Notes: generated from the sequence alone by a model not told the origin. A DNA stretch of 63,712 bases, filler included, from Octopus bimaculoides (GCF_001194135.2; 6 parts of 6 records of this genome joined end to end with filler, not necessarily neighbours in it); one strand, 5' to 3'; numbered from the whole stretch's first letter, positions 26,328-39,993 are shown. Numbers and translations: made by a program.

Positions 26328-27568
26328 NNNNNNNNNNNNNNNNNNNNNNNNNNNNNNNNNNNNNNNNNNNNTTAATTAATTAANNNNNNNNNNNNNNNNN
26401 NNNNNNNNNNNNNNNNNNNNNNNNNNNCTCACAATCATGAGGTCATGATATATACAAAAAGGAGGAAATATTATGGCTCAGGGCAATTTGCATAATTTAA
26501 ACAAAATTTACTAAGAGAAATAACTCAGAGAGTGACCAGTAGTATGACTACAAACAATAATGATGAATGAACTGACCGGGTTGACTGGCTAGCTGGCTGG
26601 GTAGCTGGCTGGTTGGTTCTCTTCTGCAGTTTCCAGCTGCCAAGATCACTTGAAAGCTATGATAAAAGATGTTTTCCACTTACCGGTACTGAAACCGGAA
26701 CTCTGTGCTTGCATATCAAACTTGTTAATCATACAGCTGTACCTTCATTCGTAATGCAAATACAAAAACTAAGCACAATCTATTAAGCAATATAAAAACA
26801 GAAATACTTTTTTGTGATCAGAATTTATTGGTGGTTATCAAAGGATTTTGAAAATTGACTATAAATATATAATGATTGGTGAACGTAAATATTCAATACT
26901 ATGCTTCAATAGTTGGAGAATCATGTCTGGGAGATAAGCTCTCTGGTGAATAGGTTTATGAACATTTTCTTATGTAACTCGATCATCTGGCTCTCAAGTG
27001 ATTTGAACTTCTGTTTGTTGAAATATTTCACTTAAACAGATTTAACAGGTGAAGAAGGCAATTTTATATTGTTGTTGCTTCCAGCTCCTTAATGTGTTCA
27101 AGAATTGGGGAATGGTATGCATTTTGTATTGAGCACTTGATGAAGTTTGAAGTAGCTTTAAAAAAAAATTGTTGTTGTTTTGTTTTGTTTTGGAAGAGTT
27201 GGGGGGNNNNNNNNNNNNNNNNNNNNNNNNNNNNNNNNNNNNNNNNNNNNNNNNNNNNNNNNNNNNNNNNNNNNNNNNNNNNNNNNNNNNNNNNNNNNNN
27301 NNNNNNNNGGGGGGGTGGCAGTTAATAGAAAATCTCTGGTGTATTTAATTGTCTTAATGAACATATATTCATGTAAGATGACAGACCTCAGACCTTAATT
27401 TAGAATGGAAGTGTGACAGCCAAATAATTTACTTCCTGAACATGTCACTTGTGGTTGGTATTTTATAGATTAGTTTTCTCTTATTTGATGCTTTCACCAT
27501 TTTGTAAAGTTTATTTTGCTCAATGAAAAAAATATACAAGACCATTATTATATAGCAGAACAGTAAAA

Positions 27569-27783
27569 GGCGGCAAACTGGCAAAGACATTAGCACGCCA
27601 GGTGAAATGTTTAGCGGTATTTTGCCTGTCTTTACTTTCTGAGTTCAAATTCTGCCCAGGTTGACTTTACCTTTCATCCTTTTGGGGTTGATAAATTAAG
27701 TACCAGTTGTGTAATGAGGTCGATCTAATCAACTGCCCCCCCCCCTAAAAATTTCAGGCCTTGTGTCTAGAGTAGAAAAGAAT
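27569..27783 (+). mobile_element. Full-length SINE family C with CpG decay
   Basis: ggcggcaaactggcaaagacattagcacgccaggtgaaatg...ttctgagttcaaattctgcc...gtagaaaagaatt. Confidence 0.85.
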
Positions 27784-27824
27784 TGGTAATTCTGATGGTT
27801 TCATAGCAACGTTACCTACCATGA

Positions 27825-28085
27825 AGATGCATGGCTAAGGCAGTGTGTTTGGTCCTTCAGCAAGACACTCTATTTCATGTTGCTCCACTCAACTCAGCCA
27901 GCAAAAATGAGTTGTACTTGTAAATCAAAGAGTCAGCCTTGTTGCATTGAGTCACGCTAAATCTCTCTGAGAACTACATTAAGAGTACACAAGTCCGTGG
28001 GGTGCTCAGCCACTTGCATGTTAATTTCACGAGCAGGCTAAATCCTTGACCGGATCATCTGGAACCCGTATCATAGTAGCTGATT
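27825..28085 (+). mobile_element. SINE with CORE-like centre and a tail shared with the family B copy at 35.8 kb
   Basis: gtccttcagcaagacactctatttcatgttgctccactc...cacttgcatgttaatttcacgagcaggct; similar to 43875-44180. Confidence 0.7.
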
Positions 28086-28099
28086 GAGTGACAGTTATT

Positions 28100-28620
28100 A
28101 TTTATCATTACTATCATTATCATCATTAGTCTACTTTGCTACATTTGCATAGACTGGGCCTTCTCTAGCATAGATTGGGCCTTTTCCAGCATACTTATTG
28201 AAGTCCATCATCTATCTTTTGTGAGGTCAGCATTCTGAGGTCAGCCTTCACCATTTCCAATATTTTATTTGATTTTATGTGGTGGTTGGGACAACATGTT
28301 GATATCTAATATCTCCATTTCCTCTCATGTCTTCTGTGATTTTCTCTACCATGTGTGTTCCACCTATCAGTAGATGGCTCCTCACCTTTCATTTACACCT
28401 TGTCAGTATTTTGTCATTACATTCCATATACAGTTATTTTCATACCAGTCATATCCTTTCCATAAAGCTCAGCTCAGGTTTTACCTTATCCATCATTCTT
28501 ACAAGTCACTTGTACATATTCAATTTATCACACATAATTCGTTCCTCTTCACAGCCTTTGTACATGGTCCGCATTGAATAAGGTTTCATTAGTATGCAGT
28601 ATCATACTTCTTGCACATAC
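28100..28620 (-). mobile_element. Highly decayed RTE-type LINE 3' portion
   Basis: The minus strand has remnants resembling RTE C-terminal motifs (..EMVKADLRMLTS..) and ends in a tgatgataatgat tail. Confidence 0.45.
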
Positions 28621-29089
28621 TTAATATAGACTACCTATTAATTAGATTTTTTTAAAAATTACTTCAACAGTTTTCGTCACTTTCTTAATCCTCTTAGAGC
28701 AAGCTGTAGTGCTAATTGTATTCAGATAATAAAGAAAAACCATCAATTACATCTTGCAAGCTAAGTAGTTTATGGTCTCCATTTCGTGTGGACTCTCTTA
28801 CTGTTAACTGCAATTGTACTTCTCCACTACATCTGAAGTTATTACGACAGAAATAAAACTGTATCTTTGGAACTGGATACATAATACTTAGTTCCTTGCA
28901 GTCTCTTTCCAGTATAACAGGCATACTATATTCCAAACTATATCTGGCATGTGTGGCTTTGGTTACTAACCAAACTATTGGTCATTGTTGCATTGTCATT
29001 TAGACATTTAGTTTGTAGAGTATTCTTCCTAATATGGGCATTTCTCTGCGGTTCTTCGACAGATTATGTAATGAGAACAAGGTAATTTC

Positions 29090-29590
29090 ATCATCATTTT
29101 AACATTCACTTTTGAGTTTACTGATGCAGATTTTCTGTAACTGGATGACCTTCCTGTCACCTACCCTCACCTATTTCCAAGTAAGGTAATACTCACCCAT
29201 GGCCTGACATGATTTCACTTAATACTGGCAATTAATAACACCACTTGTTAGACAGTGACACACACACACACATATATGTATGTAATCTGGCAATATTTCT
29301 ACAGCTGAATGCCCTTCCTAAGCCAACCACTCTGAGAGTGTAGTGGGTGCATTTTACATGCCACCAGCACAGGAGCCAGTCAGGCAGACCTGGCATCGAT
29401 CACATTTGGATAGTGCTTTTTACATGCCACCGACTCAGGAGCCAGTCAGTGGGCACTGGCACTGGCCACATTCAGATGGTGCTTTTTACGTGCCACCGGC
29501 ACAGGGGCCAGTCAGACGGTCCTGGCATCAATCACGTTCGGATGGTGCTTTTTACATGCCACCAGCATGGGACAAGCCCATTGCAGGTGC
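29090..29590 (-). mobile_element. Family E ((TGA)n-tailed, RTE-tail-like) retroposon fragments, one with a 66-bp internal tandem array
   Basis: catcatcattttaac...ctggatgaccttcct; the motif gtgc.ttttac.tgccacc recurs at 29347, 29413, 29479 and 29545. Confidence 0.75.
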
Positions 29591-30799
29591 ATCTTGTTAC
29601 ACTTTATTTTTAATCAGAAGACAAAACGTTTTGTTGATTTTTACCTAGCTGTTCCATCTGACATCATTCAATGTCCTGCATTGACATCCATAGGTTTGGG
29701 CTTGCAGAAAAAAATCCAGGACTGAGAAAGATTTCTAGCAGGCAAAAAACTTCTAGACTGCAAATAATAGTTCTGAGGCAAAATAATCATGCAATATCTT
29801 TTTAGTATGATAGTGGTATAAATATTAGCAGCACTGTATAATTTAGTGTTTCATTAGCTTTCATTGCTAAGCTCAAATACTATCAGAGGCTTAGCTTCGG
29901 AAGCTGTTCTCTTAAAATCATTAGCAGTGATCAACTACTAATGCATGCATTTGATTGGGGAAAATTGATATTGATTTATGTTGGTGAATGTCTATAAGTG
30001 TATACTTTGTACACACACATACATATAGAGGAAGAAAATAACTGGCAAAAATATATGTAGGTAATATGTATTCATAATCCAGTGTTGTACACAACTGAAG
30101 CAGTGTTGAATTGAAATAGTTGTGTATGTATTAATGTATATACACCATTGAGAGGCAAATTACTGCAGTGTTCATCTGAGATAAAATATCTTAAGTTTTT
30201 GTTGATTCAGCTCCATGCTGCTTACAGTTGTGTAAATTTGTAGAGCAAACCTACAAAAGTTGAAGCTAAATGAAACTGAGTTAAGCTATTATTTACTAAT
30301 ATATGTAACTCTTACCAAATGTGTTTAGTGCCACTTTCTTTTGTTTGTCTACTCACTCATGTATAGACACTATGTTTGTGTGTGGAAGGGTGTATAGGTG
30401 TGGCAATTTGGCTAAAAAGCTTTCTTCTCAACCATGCAGTCTTGAATTTAGTCTCGCCACACGGTATCTTGGGCAAATGTCTTCTACTATGCCCTGAGCT
30501 GACCTGGGATTTGTGAGTGAATTTGGTGAGGTCTCTCCATCTATTTATCTATCTATCCATCTATTTATCTATCTATCTATCTGTCTCTCTGTCTGTCTTT
30601 CTGTCTATCTTTCTATATACACACACATATATACATACATACATATATGGGTGTGTGTATGTGTACATATGTATATAACTGCATGTATGTGTGTGTTTGT
30701 GTGTACCCGTCTAGATAGCACACAGTGATTGTAGATGAGCATCATCATCACACAAGTGAACTTGTTTGTTTCCAGTCTTCTGTGAAAAGCCTGTCTTTA

Positions 30800-31128
30800 T
30801 CATCATCATCATTTAACGTCCTACTTCCATGCTAGCATGGGTTGAATGATTTGACTGAGGACTGGTGAACCAGATGGCTACGCTAGATTCCAATCTGATC
30901 TGGCAGAGTTTCTACAGCTGGATGCCCTTCCTAACGCCAGTGTAGAGGGTGCTTTTTATGTGCCACTGGCGGTACTGGCAATGGCCAGTCTTGTAATAGG
31001 AAAATATGATCTTGCTTGGAAATATCTGAGTGTTGTCAGCAAGGAGGACATCCAACTGTAAAAATTCTGCCTCAGCAAATTCCATCTGAACCATGCAAGC
31101 ATGGAAAATGGACTTTAAATGATGATGA
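30800..31128. mobile_element. Two family E fragments in inverted (head-to-head) orientation
   Basis: Minus copy at 30800-30990 (catcatcatttaacgtcc...ctggatgcccttcct) and plus copy at 31020-31128 (ggacatccaactgtaaaaattctgcc...catggaaaatggactttaaatgatgatgatg). Confidence 0.8.
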
Positions 31129-31190
31129 TGGTACCCTATTTCTACTTATATTTATATTTATGAGTATCTTTTTTTTTATTTCTGTTTCAG

Positions 31191-31405
31191 TTGTAAAGCA
31201 ACAGATTACTTAGAAATTTACCAACAGCTAGAAGGACCTAACAACTATTCTGTAATCCGACGCTACTGTGGAAAAAACAATCCTGGTCCAATCCTAACCG
31301 AGAAAGGAGTGAAAATTTTGTTTCACTCTGATGACGATGGAACAGACATGGGTTTCCGTGCCAGATACAAATTTATTCGAAATGATGAAGTAAACAAAGA
31401 TACAG
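31191..31405 (+). CDS. Internal exon of a multi-CUB-domain protein: C-terminal half of a CUB domain (phase 2 to phase 1)
   Basis: Acceptor tttttttatttctgtttcag| and donor acag|gtaagt. Open frame CKATDYLEIYQQLEGPNNYSVIRRYCGKNNPGPILTEKGVKILFHSDDDGTDMGFRARYKFIRNDEVNKDT matches the CUB pattern C..DYLEI...YCG...PGP....I.F.SD....GF.A.Y. Length 215 nt. Confidence 0.92.
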
Positions 31406-31494
31406 GTAAGTAACTAGTGATATTACAAAATGTTTCTGTAAACAGTTTTTGAAGCTTCTTTTTAAGTGGAATTTAACACAAAATTTCAGAGAGA

Positions 31495-31882
31495 GATAGA
31501 TATGGCTGAGTGGTAAGAAGTTTACTTCCAAATCATATGGTTTTGAATTCAGTCCCAGTGCATGGTACCTTGAGCAAATATCTTCTACGACAGCCTTAGG
31601 CTGACCAAAGCCTTTTGAGTGGATTTAGCAGATAGAAACTGTGTGGAATCCCATCACATGTATGCATATGTATGTTTGTGTGTGTCCCCACCACCACCTG
31701 ACAACAACAGTTGGTTTCTTTATGTTCCCATAACTTAGCAGTTCAACACAAGAGACCACTAAAGTAAGTACCAGACTTTAAAAGAAAGAAGTACAGCAGT
31801 TGATTTGTTTCATTGAAATCTCTCAAGATGGTGCCCCAGTATGGCCATAGTCCAGTGACTGAAACAAGTAAAAGATAAAAGA
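31495..31882 (+). mobile_element. SINE family A with CpG decay
   Basis: atggctgagtggtaagaagtttacttcc...gccccagtatggccatagtccagtgactgaaacaagtaaaagataaaag. Confidence 0.8.
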
Positions 31883-32484
31883 AGACGTGTTTAGCTAAAA
31901 TTCCTGTCTATGTGTTCCATATATCTCTTGTCTCTTAAATCAAATGTTTCTTGTCAAACTATTCTAATGCAATCAACGTATACTGACCAGACTATCTCTA
32001 ATTCACAGTCTGTCAACTCTAATGAACTCCAAAAAATCACTTATGTTTCAAACATTCTTCCTTCTGAGCAATGATATCACCTCTCTGTTGCTTTTTAAAA
32101 AATGCCTTTAAATAATTACTCTTTCTTAAAATCACACACACACACACACACACACACACATTCTCTCTCTATCTCTCTCTCAAGGTATGTGGCCTTGTGG
32201 TTAGGGTATTACACTCACAATCACTAAGTCATGGGTTTGATTCCCAGGCAGGGTGTTGCATTTTATGTTGTTCTAGTCCACTCAGCTGTAAATGAGCAAC
32301 CCTGTGACAGAATATCCTTCAGATCACAAGGAATGTTGACCTACTCCCCAAGACAGTGGGTCAGCATCATTCAAAGGCTAAAACAATGTGAAGTGTATTG
32401 GGAACAGAACAGTGATATATAGCAACATCCAACAGTGTGGTCAATACCATGATACTGTGATATTGGCATTATATATATATACAT

Positions 32485-32887
32485 AGGCGCAGGAGTGGCT
32501 GTGTGGTAAGTAGCATGCTTACCAACCACATGGTTCCGGGTTCAGTCCCACTGCGTGGCACCTTGGGCAAATGTCTTCTACTATAGCCTCGGGCCGACCA
32601 AAGCCTTGTGAGTGGATTTGGAAGACAGAGGAAACTGAAAGAAGCTCGTCGTATATATGTATATGTATATATATATATATGTGTGTTTGTGTGTCTGAGT
32701 TTGTCCCCCAAACATTGCTTGACAACCAATGCTGGTGTGTTTACGTCCCCGTAACTTAGCGGTTCGGCAAAAGAGTCTGATAAGATAAGTACTAGGCTTA
32801 CAAAGAATAATTCCTGGGGTCGATATGCTCGACTAAACGCGATGCTCCAGCATGGCCGTAGTCAAATGACTGAAACAAGTAAAAGAG
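32485..32887 (+). mobile_element. Young full-length SINE family A with an internal (TA)n/(TG)n tract
   Basis: aggcgcaggagtggctgtgtggtaagtagc...gggttcagtcccactgcgtggc (A/B-box-like head), a central microsatellite, and the 3' end gtcaaatgactgaaacaagtaaaagag. Confidence 0.92.
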
Positions 32888-34189
32888 TATATAAACATTG
32901 GTGAAAAAAACTGATAAACCACTGCCCTTCAAACGAAAATCCTTTATAGTATTTGTTCCTTCCGAATTGCATAGACAACCCCTTGTACCTCTCACCATCG
33001 TACATGCACTGAGTTAGTAATTAGATATTTTGAAGCATGTCACCAACGACACTTCATTTTCACAAAATGCAAAATAAAATAAAACAAGCATTAAAGAAAC
33101 ATCTGTCATTATTCCAAGAAATGTGATTTATCCGTGCTTGTAAGGCAACGTGTTAAAAAAGATAACACTAGTGATTTGTTGTGAGAGAGAATGAAGCTTT
33201 CACAACATTTGCTTGTAAGTCTCATTGAACATTCAGTATTCCAAAAACTGTTGGGTGGATGGGGGCAGAGTGTTCATTAAGAGGGATTGGTTCAGCTAGA
33301 TATATAAATGTAACAAAAAGCATTCATTTCTTGGTAAAACCACAAGAAAAGCTCATTGCAGAAGCATGTTAACTTACTAATGAGTTAAGCAATTACATAA
33401 TGCAGATATGGAAAAAGGTGAAACTTTACTTTTAGGATTCGTTACAAGAACACAACATTTGTTGTTATGGGTTTAGATTTCTTCATTCATTTAATTAATT
33501 TGATATTATGAGATGATAATTAGCTTGTCAGCTTGATTAAAAAATATCGCAGTTTTAGTGGAGGAAGAGGTGGTGGTGGTGGTGGTGGTGGTGTTTGCGG
33601 CGGCGGCGATGGTGGGGCTAATAATACTGGAATCTAATTAACTACATTATGAAGGCAGTTGAGGATATGAGAACAAGACAGGTGATACTGTTCCAGATTG
33701 TGGTATTGCAGATGGATGCTACATATCCCTTGAGAATTTATATATGTTACTTACTTACTTTGCAATGTGATTTTGTAACAATAATGTTAATTGTTACAGG
33801 TATCTAATGAGCCAATCACTAGTTCATTGCATTTCTGACAGTACGTGTGACAGGAAAGCATCTTGGTACCTTGGCGCTGAGCAAATATCAACAGGGGCCC
33901 TCGTTTGAAGAGCACTGGCTTTCTGAGTTTGTCCCTGATATTTTCATCATTTGCCAATATACAGCACATATCATATTTTAACATCTATAAGGAACCCTTT
34001 TTTTGTCAAAAATTAGGTTAAAACAGTATGGGAGTTTGTTATACATGGATAGTATTACAATACCTTACAAAAACATTTTTCCAAATTTTAAGCCTAAAAA
34101 ATTAGGGGGTTCCTTATACATGAGAGTTCCTTGTAAGGGGTTCCTTATATATGGTATATATATGGTATATATATATATATATATATATA

Positions 34190-34236
<47 letters not shown>

Positions 34237-34695
34237 AAACACACACACAAACACAAATGTATATATACACATGTATATATATATAATATATACATAATAA
34301 TTTAAGTGAAGAAAGAAGTCAAATTGACATTATGATTGTTTCCATAAACGAACGATTTTTAATTCATCCCATACACGGTGATGTAATACATGCTACAATA
34401 TATAGAAATATGCAATTGTCATCTTTTAGTTTCTTCACGTCCTGAGATATCTTGATTTGAAAACATGATCAATCTATTAAAACAGTTTGCAATGCATTCA
34501 TCTGGTTCTGTCAACAACATGCGAATAAACTGAACACTCAATGCTCTCATTTCATATATCCTAAAATATTTAAGACAATTAATCATACTAAAAGATACAG
34601 AAATCAAAATAAAATACGCACAAAAAGCTAATTAAATAACAGCCAAGATTATAATCATCCCTTCAACCTACACACACACACTCACTCTCTTTCCT

Positions 34696-34726
<31 letters not shown>

Positions 34727-35834
34727 CTCTCTCAAACACACACATACGTATGTATGTATGTATGTATATAATGGATTTCTTCACAGTTTCTATCTGCTAA
34801 ATTTTCTTAATACTACTTGCTTAAACTATCATGCTGTGGAATCTAATCATAACCACATGGTTGCAAAACGAACTTCTTACCCACAGAGCCATGCCTACAC
34901 CTATATAAAATAAAAACTTCTTCAGGTGTGATCATTTCATCGTTTTCTCATACATTGCACCTATTGGCCTATTATTCAACATGCTCTTTCTTTGTAAGAC
35001 AATAGGTTGTGATTTGAGAGAGATTAACTGCAAGTTCAAATAGGACAGACAACTCTGTAGAGAATCTCTGGTTGCCTTTCTATGTCTCTTATTCTCTAAT
35101 ATGATGAAAAATAAAATTTTAAAAATGTCTTTTCTGTTGAATTGATAATTAGCTTCTAAAAGTTGCTAAAGATAAAAATATCAGAGGGTAAGTAGTAGTG
35201 TTAATAGCTACAACCATTCTACTATTTCTGTTGTACATTCTAGCCATGGAATTTAAATGTAATTAACCAAGGGAATAGTTTCTCTTTACTGATTATTTGG
35301 CTCTTGGAGCTGAATCATTACAGGATCAGTGGAGAAGTGGACTTCAATGAAATATATTTTTATTCATTCATCTATTTATTCAAATGGCTTGGTTTCAAGG
35401 AACGTATTGTAATCAAAGCTTTCACAGTTCCTCTGAGGCCATTGACATCAGTCTGGTTAATGCTATTTTCTTGAACAGCTGCAGAAAATACATATTTAAA
35501 AAGTAAGAATATCACCCCTCTAGAGAAAGGTGATATTCTTGGAAAGAAGGTCTGGGGAATGGGGTTAGAGTATGAACTTGGATGGGGTAAAAAAGTAGAG
35601 ACAAGGGAATTGAACAAGACTAACCACAACCACCAAGGATCAAAGGTCACTGTAGTAGTGACAGACAATGCAGAATAATGAGACAGAGCTGTATGAAAGA
35701 GCTGTGTTGGTTGGTGGTGGTGGTGGTGGTGGGTCATGTTGGTTTTGAACTATGTATGAAGTTGGTAATTGTTAAGAGCTGAAGTATATTTTGGCCTTAG
35801 AAAAGGAGACTTGTTTCTGCTACGATGAGGATGT

Positions 35835-36245
35835 TTTTGTTGGCACTCCGTCGTTTACGACGTCAAGGGTTCCGGTTGATCCGACCAACGGAACAGCCTG
35901 CTCGTGAAATTAACGTGCAAGTGACTGAGCACTCCACACACACATGTACCCTTAACGTGACACAATGGGACAAGGCTGACCCTTTGAATTACAGGCACAA
36001 CAGAAACAGGAAGTAAGAGTGAGAGAAAGTTGTGGTGAAAGAGTACAGCAGGGTTCGCCAACAAACGCCTGCCGGAGCCTCGTGGAACTTTAGGTGTTTT
36101 CGCTCAATAAACACTCACAACGCCTGGTCTGGGAATTGAAACCGTGATCCTNNNNNNNNNNTCACAACGCCTGGTCTGGGAATTGAAACCGTGATCCTAT
36201 GACCGCAAGTCTGCTGCCCTAACCACTGGGCCATTGCACCTCCAC
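35835..36245 (-). mobile_element. Full-length SINE family B with CpG decay
   Basis: The head is homologous to 11861-11940; 13-bp TSD acgatgaggatgt at 35822-35834 and 36246-36258; contains a 37-nt assembly overlap at the 10-N gap. Confidence 0.9.
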
Positions 36246-36479
36246 ACGATGAGGATGTAAGAATAGGACAACAGTGATGCTGTGGAAGAGTATTTGTTGT
36301 GACTTTATTTTGAAAATAATTATGGAGATGATCGTATTATTAATTAATAGAGAAATTCTTTACCTGGTCATTTGACCAGCTATAAATAAGAGTCAGATTT
36401 CCTTTGTATCTTTCAACACTGTCTTCAAAAAGAAAGGGAATTATTTAATAATGTCCTAAATGCCGTATGTTTAAGGAGG

Positions 36480-36680
36480 AAAATTGTCATGGAATAGGCT
36501 CCATTTGAATGCCTTTGATCTGCTGTGCTATGGTTGCCTGAAAAACAACACCAGTTTATTGGAAAGACATGGAACAGCCAGTTATAAGGTGTAAACAATG
36601 GATGCACAAGAAGTGCAATGGAATTTCTGATAGGCTGACAGTAAATAATTTTGAATGCACCTGTTACATATTATTTGTAG
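36480..36680 (+). mobile_element. Decayed RTE-type LINE fragment (Cys/His-rich segment)
   Basis: RCKQWMHKKCNGISDRLTVNNFECTCY resembles the C..W.HK.CSGI.GRL....F.C..C segment recalled from RTE ORFs. Confidence 0.5.
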
Positions 36681-37906
36681 GTGAAGACAGTAAGCTACTT
36701 GCTATAATACATAATTTATATATGTAGATATGTTACGTGGTTTACTAGAATATAGATAGATATATAATGCATCAATTTCCATAAATTACTAGCTATAAAT
36801 TAAAGGTTTGCCATTATCCATTTGCTTTTGTTAATATTTCAAATTTGATATCAGTTTTGGTGGTAGTAATTTAAGAACAAGCCACATTGGCAGTAGAACT
36901 AAAATTCGTATAGAAATAACCTTTTCAAAGTATGAATATTAAATGCAATTGTGTCCAAATTGATGATGCCAAATGAGATCATAAAAGAATGGTACGTTTT
37001 AAATGAAATAAATCAACAGCTCACAAAACAAGGATTGTATTTGATTAATATTTATTAAAATCTTGAATTCTTTCTGTATGACTGAATAGCTCTTTTATTT
37101 CCAAAAATGGTAATCTAATACCTACTTTGAGAAACATTAATTTCATATTTAACATGATTTGAAACCACTTCTGCTAATTTCTATTTTTTTTGTTTTAATT
37201 TTTCGTTTTTTTTTTTTTTTTCTGTTTTTAAAATTGCTTTCTGCTCTGTTAAACGTATTATATTCAGTGACATGCATTTCCTGATTTATGTAAATCTGAC
37301 ATAACTACATCATAGATTTTCAAGATCAAAAGAAATGCCAAAACTAGAATCTGCTTGTCAATATAATTAGAAATATTAAATTTCTTTCCTTCTCGTGTTT
37401 TTTACTTTTGGTTCTTTCATGAATTTTATATAAATACATTAATGAATAAACAACTTGCGACTGTGCATAAGACTAAGTTTTTAATTTCTTAAATATGAAA
37501 TTTAATTTCATTGTACTACTAGGTTATGTGTGCCTTATTTCTCTATAAGACTATTAAGAAATGTTGTATTCTTATAACAATGGATTGAGACAAAATATAT
37601 TCTAAAAAATTTATAATGAGTTAGACAAGTGTCAGTGCTATATATGTGTGTGTGTTTGTGTGTGAGTGTGAAAAAATACTCACACACACACACACACATA
37701 TATATATACACAGTCCATTCTAAATGAAACAGGAAGAGACACATGTGATGGAGAGTCACTGAACAGTGGGAGGGTCATAGGATGTGTGATGAAAGATTTA
37801 CGACAAAGGTCATTAGAATAAGAATAATTAAGTTGAAATGAAAACCAAGTATATAGTGCGTGTATTTAATTGGCAAAAATATGACCAACCCTAAATCTAA
37901 CAATAA

Positions 37907-37941
<35 letters not shown>

Positions 37942-38975
37942 TACCCCCCCCCCNNNNNNNNNNNNNNNNNNNNNNNNNNNNNNNNNNNNNNNNCCCCCAC
38001 ATATATATATATGAAGCAAAGAAAACTGATAACAGCCTGATCTAGCTATTGCAATTAAAGAAGCCAATACTCACCATCAAATCACCAAACAGTATCACTT
38101 TATTTAATTTGATGAACTGTTTAGTAAATTAGAAACTGTAGCTAAATCTTCATCAAATCATACCAACCATGTTAAAAATAGGAAGGACACATTGTTTGGA
38201 TGTTGAGAAGCATTTTTATGTACATTAAATTTTAAAAAGCTGTGACACTCACATCCATAGAAATGCTTTAAGTGTAGGCTTGCTCAATCCTGTCTGGCCT
38301 AACACTAAACACCAACATATATCCAACTCTAGAATTAATTTAGTACTGAGCTGATAATATTCATTAATTACTCAGTGCATTCCTTCTTCAATACATCCAA
38401 TGGGAAACTTTTTCAAACTTTCACCCTTTATCTGTCACCACTAAAATGGATTCTGAAAAATGAGATCATTTTAAAATTTTAATTCAGACAACTTCAATGT
38501 AATTAATAGAAGTACAAAAGTTTAATTTGTTTCTAAAAATTACTTAACTAATTAATCTTCATCACCCTCCTGCATCATTTAATTAATGCCTTCTTTTTCA
38601 CATACTACATACACTTCTCATAGACTACTACCTATATTCTTAATTACTATACACATTACAAGAATAAGACATCTGATGACAATTGGATGTCAAACTGATT
38701 GGAATATGATGTTGACATCTCTTTCTCCTTTCTCTGTATGTATGTGTCTGTGTGTATGTATATATTTATTTATGACTGAGTGGCCAAACGAAAGAAGAGC
38801 ACTTAACTCATTTATTGAGAGTTATATGTATGGATCAAAACAGTTTCATTCAAATTCCTAAGTACTCTGAGTTTCAAAGCATGATGCTAATTCTCAGTCA
38901 CTGGACATTTGAATCTCCAATGGCTGAGGATTGAAACTTGGAGTACTAAGGAATTGAGTCAAACTGCTTTGATCC

Positions 38976-39006
<31 letters not shown>

Positions 39007-39126
39007 CATACACACACTCACAAACTTTATTTGTGAGTTAATAAGACTATCGATGGTTTCATGTAGAGGACTGAAATCTCTCAACAATTATTTAGCCTGT
39101 CACATGAGACCTTCGATACTTGTCTC

Positions 39127-39159
<33 letters not shown>

Positions 39160-39214
39160 CTGCATGCATGTGTGTGAGTGTGTGTGTGTGTGTGCATCTG
39201 TGTATTTGTGTGTC

Positions 39215-39410
39215 TGTGTTTGTCCCCCCATCATTGCTTGACAATCGATACAGGTGTGCTTATGTCACTGTAACTTAGCGCTTCAGAAAAATAGATCAAT
39301 AGAATTAGTACTCGGCTTACAAGGAATAAGTCCTGGGGTCGATTTGTTCAACTAAAGGCTGTGCTCCAGCATGGCCGCAGTCAAATGACTGAAACAAGTA
39401 AAAGAATAAA
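39215..39410 (+). mobile_element. SINE family A, 3' half
   Basis: gtttgtccccccatcattgcttgacaatcgat...gctccagcatggccgcagtcaaatgactgaaacaagtaaaagaat. Confidence 0.85.
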
Positions 39411-39775
39411 AAAAAAATAACAATCATAAAGTCCATTGTCCATGCTGGCATGGGTTGGACGATTTGACTGGGCTGGCATGGTGGAAGACTACAGCAGACT
39501 CCAGATTCAAGCATTTTAAATATTCATCCATTTGTCTTTCAAATTGTGAATAACAACTTTTGACAAGTGTACAAGCTCCCAACTCTTAACTATTCTAGCA
39601 TCTTCTTCAAGTAGGATAGTTCAATACATCTTGTAATAAGAATAAACATAAAAATACTCTAAAATCATTATTTTGACCATATTTCACAGGTAGTTTGTAG
39701 TGAAAAATTTTACAAACTTTACACATTCTGCTTTAAACTAACTCAAGTATTCTCTCTAGTAGATTATTCATTTAA

Positions 39776-39993
39776 CTCTTTTGATACCATCCCAACTGAA
39801 ACCACTGGATTTTGTAATACAAATTTCATATTTTGAAATGATCCATTTTAAAACTTTTCATTAAAATTTGATATTAATGTATGTTCTAGACCAGATTAAA
39901 AACCATTATGTTATTCTGCTAAATACTTTATTATTTTCAAAATTAATTGAAGCAAAGGTTGTGTATTTCGGCAGAAATATTGTAACAAAAGGG
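39776..39993. mobile_element. piggyBac-type MITE, 218 bp
   Basis: TTAA at 39772-39775 and 39994-39997; imperfect TIRs ctcttttgatacc / tgtaacaaaaggg (10/13). Confidence 0.65.

Noticed and set aside
28712-28936. 74-aa minus-strand ORF with protein-like composition
   Set aside because: TTG start, no recognisable domain, and no convincing splice-site pair enclosing it.
33787-33984. Complex sequence with short ORFs on both strands
   Set aside because: No motif recognised, and the candidate acceptors lack pyrimidine tracts.
36115-36198. 37-nt direct repeat either side of a 10-N gap
   Set aside because: Unmerged contig overlap inside a SINE.
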